64,000 nucleotides of DNA from an uncultured Actinomycetes bacterium (GCA_963746115.1 CAVVAA010000003.1:385404-449403); one strand, 5' to 3'. Shown: positions 8,886 to 30,864, counted from the first letter of the stretch. Translations and numbers: made by a program. The notes: generated by a model from the letters alone, not told the origin.

Positions 8886-9943
8886 ATGGCTGAGGTCGCG
8901 GCCCTGGAGCAGTCGAGCCGGCTTCCCCCGGTGGGCCGCGAGGTTGCCGGGCCGCAGCCCGTGGGCGCTCGCCGGGCGGCGGCTGGTGCGCAACCGGATC
9001 GCGATGGGAGGGCTCGCGCTCTTCCTGTTGATCGTGGCGGTCAGCTTCGCGGCGCCGATCTACGCCGACGACATCGCGCACGTCAACCCGTTCGAGAACA
9101 ACCTGAACGGCACGACGATCGTGAACGGCAAGAAGGTGCCGCTGATGCAGCAGGGCGGCGGCATGCTGCACCTCGGCGAGACGCCGATCGGGCCCACGTG
9201 GGACGTCCACCACTACTTCCTCGGCGCCGACCAGAACGGCCGCGACGTGGCGGCGCGCGTGCTCTACGGCGGGCGCAGCTCGCTGCTGGTCGGGATCGGA
9301 TCGGCCGTCATCTGCTGCTTCCTCGCCACCGTGCTCGCGCTCCTCGCCGGGTTCCACGGCGGAGCTCTCGACGCGGTGTTCTCACGGTTCGATGGACGTG
9401 ATCTGGGCGTTCCCGGTGCTGCTGCTCGCGATCTGCGTCTCGACGGTGCTCCTGAACGCGCCGAACGGGGTGCAGCGTCGGCCCGATGCGCGTCCAGGCG
9501 TCCAGCCTGTGGCTGCCGACGCTGATCATCGCGTTCATCTACCTGCCCTACGTGTTCCGGCCGGTGCGCGGCCACGTGCTCTCGGTGTCCGAGAAGGAGT
9601 ACGTCGAGGCCGCGATCGCGCAGGGCGCCTCGGGCTGGCGGCTGATGTTCTCGGAGGTGCTGCCGAACGTGATCACCGTCGTGATCGTGCTTCTGCCGCT
9701 GATCATCGCCACGACGATCCTGACCGAGGCGGCGCTGTCGTACCTCGTCGATCGGCGTGCAGCCGCCGAACGCGAGCTGGGGCATCCGTGATCAGCGACG
9801 GTCAGGAGCTGCTCTACACGCGGCCGTGGGTGGCGATCGCCCCCGGGATCATGATCGTGCTCACCGTGCTCGCGCTGAACGTGTTCGGCGACGGCGTGCG
9901 CGACGCGCTCGATCCACGCGCGAAGCTGCGGATCGAGGGGTAG
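8886..9943 (+). CDS. ABC peptide transporter permease (DppC/OppC type); about 5 apparent frameshifts
   Basis: SPWALAGRRLVRNRIAMGGLALFLLIV...GADQNGRDVAARVLYGGRSSLLVG... / DVIWAFPVLLLAI / LWLPTLIIAFIYLPYVFRPVRGHVLSVSEKEYVEAAIAQGAS... / ISDGQELLYTRPWVAIAPGIMIVLTVLALNVFGDGVRDALDPR. Confidence 0.8.
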
Positions 9944-9945
9944 GC

Positions 9946-10916
9946 GTGGCCACGTTCGTCGTCCGCCGGATGCTGTCGCTCGTCCTCGTGATGTTCGTGA
10001 TCACCGTCGTGGTGTTCGTGATCTTCTTCCACACGCCCGGCATCGACCCGACCCGCCAGATCGCCGGCCGCAACCCGTCGCCTCCGCGGTGAAGGAGATC
10101 CGGCACCAGTTCGGCCTCGACCGGCCGCTCCCGGTCCAGTACCTGCTGATGATGAAGAAGCTCTTCATCACCCGCGACCTGGTCTCCTACTCGAACCAGG
10201 GCCAAAGATGGTGCCCGAGGTCGTGCAAGCCGCCCCGGCGACGCTCTCGCTCGTGTTCGGCGCGGCGGTCATCTGGGTGGTGGTGTCGATCCTGATGGGG
10301 CTGGCCGCGGCGGTGTTCAAGGGCACGCTGATCGACCCGATCCTGATGATCCTCGCGCTGATCGGGATCTCGATGCCCGTGTTCTGGGTCGGCGAGCTGG
10401 CCAACCTGATCACCCAGAGCCGCTGGCACGACACGTTCCTCTTCCACTGGGTGCCGCCGCTCGGCTACACGCCGTTCACCCAGGACCCGGGGCTTGTGGT
10501 TCAAGGGGCTCGTGATCCCCTGGATCACGCTCTCGATCGCTGTTCATCGGGCTCTACGCGCGCGTGCTCCGCTCGAGCCTGCTCGAGGTGCAGAGCGAGG
10601 ACTACGTGCGGACGGCGCGGGCGAAGGGGCTCTCCGAGCGGCGGGTGCTCGTGCGGCATACGCTGCGGACGTCCATGATCACCTTCGTCAGCCTGTTCGG
10701 CCTCGACTTCGGAGCGCTGGTGGCGGGCGCGACGCTGCTGACCGAGGTCGTGTTCGGCATCCACGGCGTCGGCTACCTGACGTACCAGTCGATCGGCAAC
10801 CTCGACCTGCCGATGATCATGGTCACCGTCATCTACGGCGCGTTCTTCATCGTGCTCGCGAACGCACTCGTCGACATCGCCTACGCCTGGCTCGATCCGC
10901 GGATCAGGCCGGCCTG

Positions 10917-10917
<1 letters not shown>
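9946..10917 (+). CDS. ABC peptide transporter permease (DppB/OppB type); about 4 apparent frameshifts
   Basis: [28 protein letters not shown]... / [18 protein letters not shown]... / [27 protein letters not shown]... / [30 protein letters not shown]...YAWLDPRIR. Confidence 0.85.
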
Positions 10918-11953
<1,036 letters not shown>

Positions 11954-11957
<4 letters not shown>

Positions 11958-13015
11958 GCACCGAGACGCCGAGCGCAGACGGCGACGCCGCTGCTGAGGT
12001 GCGAGGACGTCCGCAAGTACTTCCCGATCAAGAAGGGCATCCTGATCCAGCGCGAGGTCGCTCGCGTGCACGCCGTCGACGGCGTCAGCCTCGAGGTGCC
12101 GGCGGGGCGAGACGCTCGGCCTGGTGGGCGAGTCGGGCTGCGGCAAGTCGACGCTCGGCCGCTGCATCGTGCGCCTGTACGAGCTGACCGGCGGCACGAT
12201 CAGCTTCGAGGGCCGCGACATCTCGCAAGCTCTCGCGCCGCGAGCTGCAGCCGCTGCGGCGCGAGATGCAGATGGTCTTCCAGGACCCGTACGCCTCGCT
12301 CAACCCGCGCAAGCGCGTCGGCACGATCATCGCCGACCCGCTGCGTATCCACGGCGATCGGCGACCGCGGCGAGGTGCAAGCCGGCGCGTGTCCGAGCTG
12401 CTCGAGCTGGTCGGCCTCTCGCCCGAGCACTACAACCGCTACCCGCACGAGTTCTCCGGCGGCCAGCGGCAGCGCATCGGCGTCGCCCGCGCGCTCGCGC
12501 TGAACCCGAAGCTGATCGTCGCCGACGAGCCGGTGTCGGCCCTCGACGTGTCGATCCAGGCGCAGGTCATCAACCTGCTCGACGACCTCCAGGACGAGCT
12601 CGGCCTGACCTACGTCTTCATCGCCCACGACCTCGGCGTCGTCCGCCACGTGTCCGACCGGATCGCGGTCATGTACCTGGGCAAGATCGTCGAGATCTCG
12701 CCGGCCGAGGAGCTCTACCAGCGGCCGATGCACCCGTACACCGAGGCGCTGCTCTCGGCGGTGCCGATCCCCGACCCCGACCTGTCCGCCCGGCGCGAGC
12801 GGATCGTGCTCGAGGGCGACGTGCCGAGCCCCGATCACCCCGCCGTCGGGCTGCCGCTTCCATCCCCGCTGCCGCTACGCGACCGAGATCTGCGCGCAGG
12901 AGGAGCCGCCGCTCGTGCTGCACGGGTCGGCGGCCACATCGCGGCCTGCCACCACCCGCTCGACGCGAACCCGACCCCCACGGCGGATGCGTCGCCGGGG
13001 CCTGCGCGGGCCTGA
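11954..13015 (+). CDS. ABC peptide transporter ATPase (DppF/OppF type); at least 6 apparent frameshifts
   Basis: Walker [70 protein letters not shown] (after a slip). Confidence 0.85.
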
Positions 13016-14175
13016 CCCGCTCGTCCGGGCGGCCGCCCTCGTCGCGCTCGCGCTGCTCGCCTGCGCGTGTGCCGGCTCGGGCGGCGGCGGGGTCGGCGTC
13101 GGTCGCGGGCTCGACGCACGTCCGCGCGCACGACCCGTTCGCCGGCGCGCATGCGGCGGCCGTCCGCTACGTGCGCCGGCTGGAGGCGCACGTCCATCCC
13201 TCCCGGCTGCGGGTGCACATCTCGCTGCTGAGCCGGCGCCGGCGCACCGAGACGGTGCTCGCAACCACGTCGGCCCGCCTCGGGGGCGGCCCGGGGACGG
13301 TCTTCATCGGGCTCGGCCAGCGGGCGCTCGTGCTCGCCCGCCGCGGAGGCCGCCTGCGGGTCGTCGCCGACGTCACCGGCGGCGGTCGCTACGCGCTTCT
13401 CCAGGACGGCGCCGCCGCCATGCCGCGCGGGTCGCGGTTCGTCACCGGGCGGCGGTCGGTGGTGGTGGCGGCGCCGGATGTGTCGGCGGCCGATGCGGCC
13501 GAGGTCGCCCGGGTCGCCGACGCCGCCATGCCGGGGCTCAACTCGCGCTACCGCCTGCCCGGGGCGCGGGTGCGCCTGCCGCTGATCTTCATGGCGGACT
13601 CGTGGGACGCGGCCCAGCGCGTCTCCGGCGTGCAGATGCCGCACGAGGCGATCGGCGCCGAGTACCACGGCGTCGTCTACCTGCGGGCGGGGGCGTGGGC
13701 GGACGAGATGGAGGTGGAGCGCGACGCGCTGCTCGTCCACGAGCTGACGCACGTCGCGAGCGCCGGCCTCGTCCTGGGCGGGCCGCTCAGCCTGATCGAG
13801 GGGGTGGCCCGCTACGAGGAGCAGCGCTACGTCGAGAACGCCGGCCTGCGCTGGCCGTACCGCTACATCGCGTCCGCGTACGAGCGCGGCTACCCGTCGA
13901 TGCAACGGTGGCGGTGGGCGTTCGGCCACTGGATGGTGCGGGGGACGCTTCCGACCTGGCTGGCCTACGAGGACGGCGCGGCGATCGTGGCCGCCGTGAT
14001 CCGCGACGGCGGCGACGCGGGCCTGCGCCGGCTCGGTGCGGCCTTCCGCCGCGACGGCGTCTCGGGCCGGTTCACCCAGGCGCAGGTGGGGCGCGCGTTC
14101 CGGGCCGCGGTGGGGCGCTCCTTCGCGGCGGTGGCTGCGCAGGCCCGGGCCGAGACGATCGCCAAGGCCTCGTGA
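12987..14175 (+). CDS. Putative secreted/lipoprotein zinc metallopeptidase (HExxH, peptidase-MA-like); one frameshift near 13085-13095; start uncertain
   Basis: [30 protein letters not shown] (lipobox LLAC), then in the next frame ...[14 protein letters not shown]...[13 protein letters not shown] (HExxH with a downstream Glu). Confidence 0.55.
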
Positions 14176-14194
14176 CGATCACCACGAAGTCCGC

Positions 14195-14222
14195 TTGACC
14201 TGACCGGCCGACGCGGTATAGT
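14195..14222 (+). promoter_or_regulatory. Sigma-70-type promoter for rpoBC
   Basis: TTGACC (14195-14200), 16 nt spacer, TATAGT (14217-14222); about 175 nt upstream of the rpoB TTG start. Confidence 0.6.
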
Positions 14223-14398
14223 GAAGCGAGAGGCACGCCTCTGCAGGTGGAATTCCGCTCTGAGAATTCCCTGCAGGCGGCGGCGACCGCGTCCGCGTTT
14301 GCGGGGAACCTGTCGTGCTGATACCCTTCGTGGTTGCGCCGTTGGTCCGGTTCCACGCCCTCTGATTTTTCTCCACTAGCCCCTCGGGAGGCGACGCT

Positions 14399-18046
<3,648 letters not shown>

Positions 18047-18116
18047 CGGCCCGTCACGGGTGCCACGCACCGGGATTCGAACTTACCAACCGCGTTATTG
18101 AAGAGGAGCTGACGCG

Positions 18117-22637
<4,521 letters not shown>

Positions 22638-22644
22638 CGAGGGA

Positions 22645-22674
22645 GGGGACAGTCCCCGGAAGGGGACTGTCCCC
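22645..22674. repeat. Paired palindrome GGGGACAGTCCCC-ggaa-GGGGACTGTCCCC between convergent rpoC and the cyclase-ATPase gene
   Basis: 8 nt after the rpoC stop and 10 nt before the minus-strand stop codon at 22684-22686. Confidence 0.85.
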
Positions 22675-22683
22675 GCTTCTCGT

Positions 22684-25600
22684 TCAGCCCGCCGCGGTCT
22701 CCGTCCGCGGCATGGCCGGCGGCGCGATCCGATCGAGCGCAGCGGCGGCGCCGAGGCGCTCGAGGATCGCTCGCGTCTCGGCGAGCGACTCGTCGCGCTC
22801 GAACCCCGCCGCCGCGCGCTCGCGCGAGCGCGATGGCGAGGTGCCACGGCGATCCCGCCGTGCGCGCGAGCTCGACCGCGGCGGTGTAGAGCTCCGCGGC
22901 GCCGGGGTCGTCGGCCAGCATCGCCCGCAGGAGGGCGCGGTGGGCGACCAGGCGCGGTGACAGGCGGCCGAGCGGGATCTGCTCGAGCCGCGCGAGGGTC
23001 GCCTCGGCCGGGGCCCGATCGCCGGCGCGGAGCGCGCACCATGACTCGAGCACGGTCGACGCCTTCACGGCTGGATGGCCGATCCACAGGGTCTCTGCCG
23101 CCGCCGCCCCGTGGTGGGCCGCGGCCGCGGCCTCGGCGTACCGCGACTCGGCGGCGAGCACCTCGGCGCGGGCCGTCCAGAGCGCAGCCCGGTTCTGCTC
23201 GTCGGTCACGGACTCATCGACCCCCGCCGCGGCGAGCGCCTCTCGTGCGGCGGGGATCGCGCCGCGGCGGGCGAGGACGATGGCGCGGGTGAGCATGATC
23301 GTCCGCGCGAAGACGTCCGACTCGGCGCCGGGAGTCTCCGCCGACTCGCGCGTGATCCTTACCGCCTCGTCCCACTCGCCCCGCTCGAGCGCGGCGTGCG
23401 ATGTGTGCAGCTGGAAGCTGCGCTTCCACTGCTGGTCGCCCACGCGCTCGGCGAGCGCGAGGCCGGTCGTGTCGTAGTCGTGCGTGTGGTCGTCGACGCC
23501 CTCCCGCTCGAACGAGAGGTTGAAGTAGGCGCGCATGGCCGCCTGCGTCTCGTCGTGGTCGAGCGCCACCCGGAGTGCGCCCAGGAGCAGCGAGCGGGCC
23601 TCCTCACGGCGGTTCGTGAACGCGAGCATCCACAGGCCCTTGGTGTTGAGCGCGTTCGAGAGCACGTCGGGTATGCCCAGGGTCTCGGCGACGTCGATCG
23701 CGCGCTCGAGCGCATCGTGGCCCCGTTCCGCCTCGCCGATCATCCCGGCCAGGCGGCCGAGCTGGGCGCCCAGATGGGCCAGCTCGGCGTCGCCCGGTCC
23801 GGCGGCGAGCACCGCGTATGCGTCCTCCATCTCGGCCACGCCCTCCTCGGAGCGGCCGAGCAGGAAGAGCGCGTCCCCGCGGCGTGCGCGCACGCGGGCC
23901 GCCGCCCGGGTATCTCCCGCGCGCTCGTGGATCTCGAGCGCGCGGGTGAACTCGGCCTCGGCGTCGGCGACCTCGCCCTTCTGGAGCGCGAGCACGGCCG
24001 CACGCTCGTGCAGCAGCGCGTGCTCGGGACCGTCCGGCACGAGATCCAGGGCCTCCGTCACGAGCCGGTATGCCTCCTCGGGGGCAGCGAGCGATGCGGC
24101 GCGGTCGGCGGCGCGCAGGATGTCCGCCCGGGCGGTGTCGCGCAGCTCGGCGGCGTCGGGATCGTCCGGCAGGAGCCGGTACGCGTCGAGCCGGTGGGCG
24201 GCGACGACCTCGGCCAGCTCGTCGCCGCCGAGCAGGGTGAGGTGATCGGCGGTGGCCAGATGCAGGCGCTTTCGCTCGCGCCGGCCGAGCGTGTCGCGGG
24301 CGATGGTGCGCACCATGTCCTGCACGAAGCCGTACTGGCCGCGCTCCGGGGAGCGCGGATCGGTCTCGATGACGACGAGCTCCATGCGGGCCAGCCTGGC
24401 GAGCGTCTCGGAGATCGAGCCCGGCGGCAGGCCGCTCACCGCGGCGAGGCCGTCGAGCGTGAACGTCTTGCCGAGCACGGCGGCCTGCTGGAGCGAGCCT
24501 GCGCTCGTCATCGGGCAGCCCGTCCAGACGGGCCGCGACCAGCGCGTGCAGCGTCTCGGGGATCTCGAGGTCGGCGATGGCGGCGGTCACGCGGTACCCG
24601 TCGTCGCCGGCGCGCACGACGACGCCGCGGTCGAGCAGCATCCGCGCGGTCTCGACTGCGTACAGCGGGACACCCTCCGCCGCGGCGGTGATCTGCGCGA
24701 CGGCCTCGGCCGGCAGCCCGGGCACCATCCCCGTCACCAGCTCTCGCCATCGCGTCGGCGAGAAGCGGCTCGAGCGCGAGCGACATGAACGATCGCGACG
24801 TCGAGCCCCAGCGCGGGTCGGCGCTCGGCCAGCTCGGGCCGGGCGAGCCCAGGACGAACAGCCGGTGGTCGCGCGACCACTCGAGCAGATACTCGACGAA
24901 CGTGAGCAGCGCCTGGTCGGCCCACTGCATGTCCTCGAAGACGAGCACCACGGGCCGCTGCTCGGCCATCGCCTCGAAGAATCGCCGCCACGCCGGAAAG
25001 AGCCGCTCGCGGTCGCCATCGGAGACGGCCGCCAGCCCGAGCAGGTGGCGCAGCGGCGGCGTGACCCACTCGCGGTCGCCGGGATCGGAGACCCACTCGT
25101 CCACGGCCGCCGCGAGCTTCCGTTCGGCCGTCTCGACCGGGTCGTCCTCGGCGATCTGGGCGCGCATGCGCACCATCTCGGCCAGCGCCCAGAATGCGAC
25201 CCCGTCGCCGTAGGAGAGGCAGCGGCCGCGATGCCAGAGCACCTCGCCGGCCAGGCCGTCGGCGTACTTCTCGAACTCCCACGCGAGCCGTGACTTGCCG
25301 ATGCCGGCGATCCCCGTGACCGTGACGAGGTGCGCCCGGCCGCCCTCGCGTGGCGTGGAACACGTCCTTCAGCAGGCGCAGCTCCCGCGTCGCGGCCGAC
25401 GAATGGCGGGTCGAGCCCTGCGCTGCGGCCGACACCGCGCCGCGCGGCCGACACGCGCACTGGCCCGCCACAGCGCCACCGGCTCGGGTTTGCCCTTCAG
25501 CGCGAACGTGCCGGCCGGCTCGCACGACGATCGCGGCCTCGGTCATCCGCCGGGTGGCGTCATCGACGAGCACGGACCCCTGCGCCGCGGCTGCCTGGAT

Positions 25601-26192
25601 GCGCGACGCGGTGTTGACGAGGTCGCCGGCCACGATGCCCTGGCCGATCGCGCCCGATCGTCACCGCCGCCTCGCCGGTCGCGACCGCCGCTCGCGCGCT
25701 CGAGCTCGATTCCGGTGCGCTCGCCGAGGGCGTGGACCGCGTCCACCAGCTCGAGCGCGACCCGCACGGCCCGCTCGGCGTCGTCCTCCTGGGCGATGGG
25801 CGCGCCCCACACCGCCATCACGGCGTCGCCGATGAACTTCTCGACCGTGCCGCCGTGGCGCTCGACCGCGTCGCGCGCGGCCTCGAAGTAGCCCGTCAGG
25901 AGCTCGCGCACCTCCTCGGGGTCGCGCGCGCCCGCGAGGGCCGTGAAGCCGACCAGATCGGCGAAGAGCACCGACACCATGCCGCCGTTCGTGGTCGCCG
26001 GCGGCGTTGCGGCCACCGGCGCCGCCGCCGCTCGTCGGCTCGCGCATGACCGTCCCGCACGCGCCGCAGAACCGGTCGCCAGGCTCGTTCGCGGCGCCGC
26101 ACGCCGGGCAGGCCAGAGACGAGCTCCGCGCCGCACTGGCCGCAGTAGCGGCGCCCTTCGCGATTCTCGCTCCCGCAGGCCTGGCACTGCAT
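22684..26192 (-). CDS. Double-zinc-ribbon / class III adenylyl-guanylyl cyclase / STAND (AAA_16-type) ATPase / TPR signalling protein; about 10 or more apparent frameshifts
   Basis: Reconstructed across frames: [24 protein letters not shown] | [19 protein letters not shown] | [14 protein letters not shown]...[14 protein letters not shown]...[12 protein letters not shown] | Walker [13 protein letters not shown], Walker [13 protein letters not shown] | 600-aa helical-repeat C-terminus, ending ...[42 protein letters not shown]. Confidence 0.8.
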
Positions 26193-26201
26193 CGGCGGAG
26201 C

Positions 26202-26274
26202 CTAGAGCACAGGGCCTTGTCGCCCGCACTGCTGCATCTCCAGCGGCGTCGCCGGGGCAGCGGCCCTGTGCTAG
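26202..26274. promoter_or_regulatory. Inverted repeat in the divergent cyclase-ATPase / rpsL control region
   Basis: CTAGAGCACAGGGCC (26202-26216) and GGCCCTGTGCTAG (26262-26274): a 10-bp perfect core plus CTAG ends, with a 45-nt spacer. Confidence 0.4.
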
Positions 26275-26346
26275 TGTTCGCCGTCGCGGCTGCTTCCGGG
26301 TGGCCGTTCCCTGTCTGCCCTCGGACGCCGGGAGCCTCCACAGCGT

Positions 26347-26718
26347 ATGCCTACGATCAATCAGCTCGTGCGACACCCTCGCCAGAAAGTGGTCGGCAAG
26401 ACCAAGACGCCGGCCCTGCGCGGCGCACCGCAGAAGCGGGGCGTCTGCACGCGCGTGTACACGGTGACGCCGAAGAAGCCGAACTCGGCCCTGCGCAAGG
26501 TCGCCCGCGTACGCCTGACGAACCAGATGGAGGTCACGGCCTACATCCCCGGCGTCGGCCACAACCTGCAGGAGCACTCGGTCGTCCTCATCCGCGGCGG
26601 CCGCGTCAAGGACCTGCCGGGCGTCCGCTACAAGGTCATCCGGGCTGCGCTCGACACCTCCGGTGTCAACGACCGCAAGCAGGCGCGCTCGAAGTACGGG
26701 GCCAAGAGGAGCTCGTAG
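26347..26718 (+). CDS. rpsL: 30S ribosomal protein S12
   Basis: [57 protein letters not shown]... Confidence 0.97.
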   Translation: MPTINQLVRHPRQKVVGKTKTPALRGAPQKRGVCTRVYTVTPKKPNSALRKVARVRLTNQMEVTAYIPGVGHNLQEHSVVLIRGGRVKDLPGVRYKVIRAALDTSGVNDRKQARSKYGAKRSS

Positions 26719-27188
26719 TGCCGCGCCGTGCCGAGATCACCCCGCGGACGCTGCTCCGCGACCCCGTGTACGAGTCCGTCCTGGTGACGCAGGTCGTGAA
26801 CCGCGTGATGCAGGACGGGAAGAAGTCCATCGCCGAGAACATCGTCTACCGGGCGCTCGAGTCCGTCGGGCAGAAGACCGGCCAGAGCCCGGTCGAGGTG
26901 CTCGAGCGTGCCATCAAGTCGGTGACGCCGGTGCTCGAGGTGCGCTCGCGCCGCGTCGGCGGCGCGAACTACCAGGTTCCGATCGAGGTCCCGCAGCGGC
27001 GCGCCCGCACGCTCGCCGTGCGCTGGCTCGTCACCTTCTCCCGCCAGCGGCGCGAGAAGCAGGCCTTCGAGAAGCTGGCCGGCGAGATCCTCGACGCAAC
27101 AAACCAGCAGGGCGGCGCGTTCAAGCGCAAGGACGACATGTACCGGATGGCGCAGGCCAACAAGGCGTTCGCCCACTACCGGTGGTGA
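26718..27188 (+). CDS. rpsG: 30S ribosomal protein S7
   Basis: GTG overlapping the rps[48 protein letters not shown]...KAFAHYRW, 156 aa. Confidence 0.97.
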   Translation: MPRRAEITPRTLLRDPVYESVLVTQVVNRVMQDGKKSIAENIVYRALESVGQKTGQSPVEVLERAIKSVTPVLEVRSRRVGGANYQVPIEVPQRRARTLAVRWLVTFSRQRREKQAFEKLAGEILDATNQQGGAFKRKDDMYRMAQANKAFAHYRW

Positions 27189-27199
27189 GGTTCTAGAAG

Positions 27200-29308
27200 A
27201 TGTCTGTCACGGAGACGAAGCCCAGCACGCGCGTGCCCAGGATGGAGGAGCTCGACCGGGTGCGCAACATCGGCATCATGGCCCACATCGATGCCGGCAA
27301 GACCACCACGACCGAGCGGATCCTCTACTACACCGGCCGCACCCACAAGATGGGCGAGGTCCACGAGGGCGCCGCGACGATGGACTGGATGGTCCAGGAG
27401 CAGGAGCGGGGGATCACGATCACGTCCGCCGCCACGACCTGCTTCTGGCGTGACCATCGCATCAACATTCTCGACACGCCCGGGCACGTGGACTTTACCG
27501 TCGAGGTGGAGCGCAGCCTGCGCGTCCTCGACGGCGCCGTCGCCCTGTTCGACTCGGTCGCAGGCGTGCAGCCCCAGTCCGAGACCGTCTGGCGCCAGGC
27601 CGACAAGTACGGCGTCCCCCGGATCGCCTTCATCAACAAGATGGACCGCACCGGCGCCGACTTCTACGCCTCCGTCCAGACCATGGTCGACCGCCTCGGC
27701 GCCCGGCCGGTGCCGGTGCAGATCCCGATCGGCAGCGAGGACGCCTATATCGGCCACATCGACCTCCTGACGATGCGGGCGATCCGCTACGTCGACCCGC
27801 TGGGCCAGAAGTGGGAGGAGTCCGACGTCCCCGAGGACATGCGCGAGCAGGCCGAGACCTACCGCCACGATCTGGTCGAGGCGGTCGCCGACCACGACGA
27901 GGACATCATGATCGCGTTCCTCGAGGACCAGCCGGTCGAGGCCGACCAGCTGCGCGCGGCCATCCGCCGGGCGACGCTCGACATCTCGATCACCCCGGTG
28001 CTGCTCGGCTCGGCGTTCAAGAACAAGGGCGTCCAGCCGCTGCTCGAGGCGGTCATCGATTACCTGCCGTCGCCGATCGACGTGCCGTCGGTCACGGGCC
28101 TCGACCCCAAGACCGGCGAGGAGCTGGCGCGCCCGGCCGATCTCGACCAGCCGTTCGCGGCGCTCGCGTTCAAGGTCATGAGCGACCCGTTCGTCGGCAA
28201 GCTGACCTATTTCCGCGTCTACTCGGGCAAGCTCAACTCGGGCTCGTACGTGATGAACGCGTCGACCGGCCGCAAGGAGCGGGTCGGCCGGCTGCTCGAG
28301 ATGCACGCGAACCACCGCGAGGATCTGCAGCAGGTCGGCGCCGGCGCGATCGCGGCCGCCGTCGGCCTCAAGCAGACGACGACCGGCGATACGTTGTGCG
28401 ACCCGGATCACCCGGTCGTGCTCGAGGCGATCGACTTCCCCGACCCGGTCATCGACGTCGCCGTCGAGCCGAAGACGAAGGCCGACCAGGACAAGCTGGC
28501 CCAGGCCCTCCAGCGGCTCGCCGAGGAGGACCCCACCTTCCGCGTCCGGACGAACGAGGAGACCGGCCAGACCATCATCGCCGGCATGGGCGAGCTGCAC
28601 CTCGAGATCATCGTCGACCGGCTCATGCGCGAGTTCCGCGTCGACGCCAACGTCGGCCGGCCGCAGGTTGCGTATCGCGAGACGATTCGCAACGCCGTCC
28701 AGGGCATCCACGGCCGGTTCGTGCGCCAGACGGGCGGCCGCGGCCAGTTCGGCCACGTCGTCATCGACATGGCCCCGAACGAGCCGGGTGTCGGCTACAC
28801 ATTCGAGAACAAGATCGTCGGCGGCGCCATCCCGCGCGAGTACATCCCGTCGGTCGACTCCGGCATCCAGGAGGCGATGGAGGCTGGCATCCTGGCCGGC
28901 TTCCCGGTGGTCGACGTCGGCATCAGGCTCGTCGACGGCTCCTACCACGACGTCGACTCCTCGGAGATGGCGTTCAAGGTGGCCGGCTCGATGGCATTCA
29001 AGGAGGCGTCGAAGCGCGCCAAGCCCGTGCTGCTCGAGCCTGTCATGGCCGTCGAGGTGGTGACGCCCGAGGAGTACATGGGTGACGTCATCGGAAACAT
29101 CAACTCACGCCGGGGGCAGATCGAGGGCATGGAGCCGCGCGGGAACGCGCAGGTCATCCGCGCCCGCGTGCCGCTCGCCGAGATGTTCGGTTACGCAACG
29201 GATGTGCGCACGATGAGCCAGGGTCGCGCCACCTATACGATGCAGTTCCTGCATTACGCAGAAGTTCCGCATTCCATCGCAGAGAAGCTCACGGAGAGCC
29301 AGGGGTAG
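27200..29308 (+). CDS. fusA: Elongation factor G
   Basis: ...[25 protein letters not shown]...[13 protein letters not shown]...; 702 aa, intact. Confidence 0.98.
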   Translation: MSVTETKPSTRVPRMEELDRVRNIGIMAHIDAGKTTTTERILYYTGRTHKMGEVHEGAATMDWMVQEQERGITITSAATTCFWRDHRINILDTPGHVDFTVEVERSLRVLDGAVALFDSVAGVQPQSETVWRQADKYGVPRIAFINKMDRTGADFYASVQTMVDRLGARPVPVQIPIGSEDAYIGHIDLLTMRAIRYVDPLGQKWEESDVPEDMREQAETYRHDLVEAVADHDEDIMIAFLEDQPVEADQLRAAIRRATLDISITPVLLGSAFKNKGVQPLLEAVIDYLPSPIDVPSVTGLDPKTGEELARPADLDQPFAALAFKVMSDPFVGKLTYFRVYSGKLNSGSYVMNASTGRKERVGRLLEMHANHREDLQQVGAGAIAAAVGLKQTTTGDTLCDPDHPVVLEAIDFPDPVIDVAVEPKTKADQDKLAQALQRLAEEDPTFRVRTNEETGQTIIAGMGELHLEIIVDRLMREFRVDANVGRPQVAYRETIRNAVQGIHGRFVRQTGGRGQFGHVVIDMAPNEPGVGYTFENKIVGGAIPREYIPSVDSGIQEAMEAGILAGFPVVDVGIRLVDGSYHDVDSSEMAFKVAGSMAFKEASKRAKPVLLEPVMAVEVVTPEEYMGDVIGNINSRRGQIEGMEPRGNAQVIRARVPLAEMFGYATDVRTMSQGRATYTMQFLHYAEVPHSIAEKLTESQG

Positions 29309-29335
29309 ACCCCGAAAAGGAGACTGGGAGAAGAC

Positions 29336-30526
<1,191 letters not shown>

Positions 30527-30555
30527 CCGACGGAGAGACGAGGGAACCAGACACC

Positions 30556-30864
30556 GTGGCGCAGCAGAAGATCCGCATCAGGCTCAAGGGGTACGACCAC
30601 ACGCTGGTCGACCTGTCCGCACGCTCGATCGTCGATACGGCTCAGCGTTCGGGCGCCACGGTGTCCGGGCCCGTCCCGCTCCCGACCGAGAAGAACGTCT
30701 ACTGCGTCATCCGCGGCCCGTTCAAGGACAAGGACTCGCGGGAGCACTTCGAGATCCGCACGCACAAGCGGCTGATCGACATCCACCAGCCGACGCCGAA
30801 GACGGTCGACTCGCTCATGCGGCTCGACCTTCCCGCCGGCGTCGACATCGAGATCAAGCTGTAG
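30556..30864 (+). CDS. rpsJ: 30S ribosomal protein S10
   Basis: GTG start inside ORF 29890..30864. [46 protein letters not shown]...; 102 aa. Confidence 0.97.
   Translation: MAQQKIRIRLKGYDHTLVDLSARSIVDTAQRSGATVSGPVPLPTEKNVYCVIRGPFKDKDSREHFEIRTHKRLIDIHQPTPKTVDSLMRLDLPAGVDIEIKL

Noticed and set aside
14241-14277. Paired EcoRI (GAATTC) and PstI (CTGCAG) sites in the rpoB leader as a possible cloning-vector or polylinker remnant.
   Set aside because: The sites are the arms of a native-looking hairpin embedded between a promoter and rpoB. The flanks are contiguous genomic sequence, and no other vector-like sequence is present.
22684-26192. The cyclase-STAND gene as a Pycsar/CBASS-like antiphage system.
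   Set aside because: There is no adjacent effector gene (TIR, TM or nuclease with a cNMP-binding domain). The architecture matches regulatory cyclase-ATPase proteins, and a defence role would be pure speculation.
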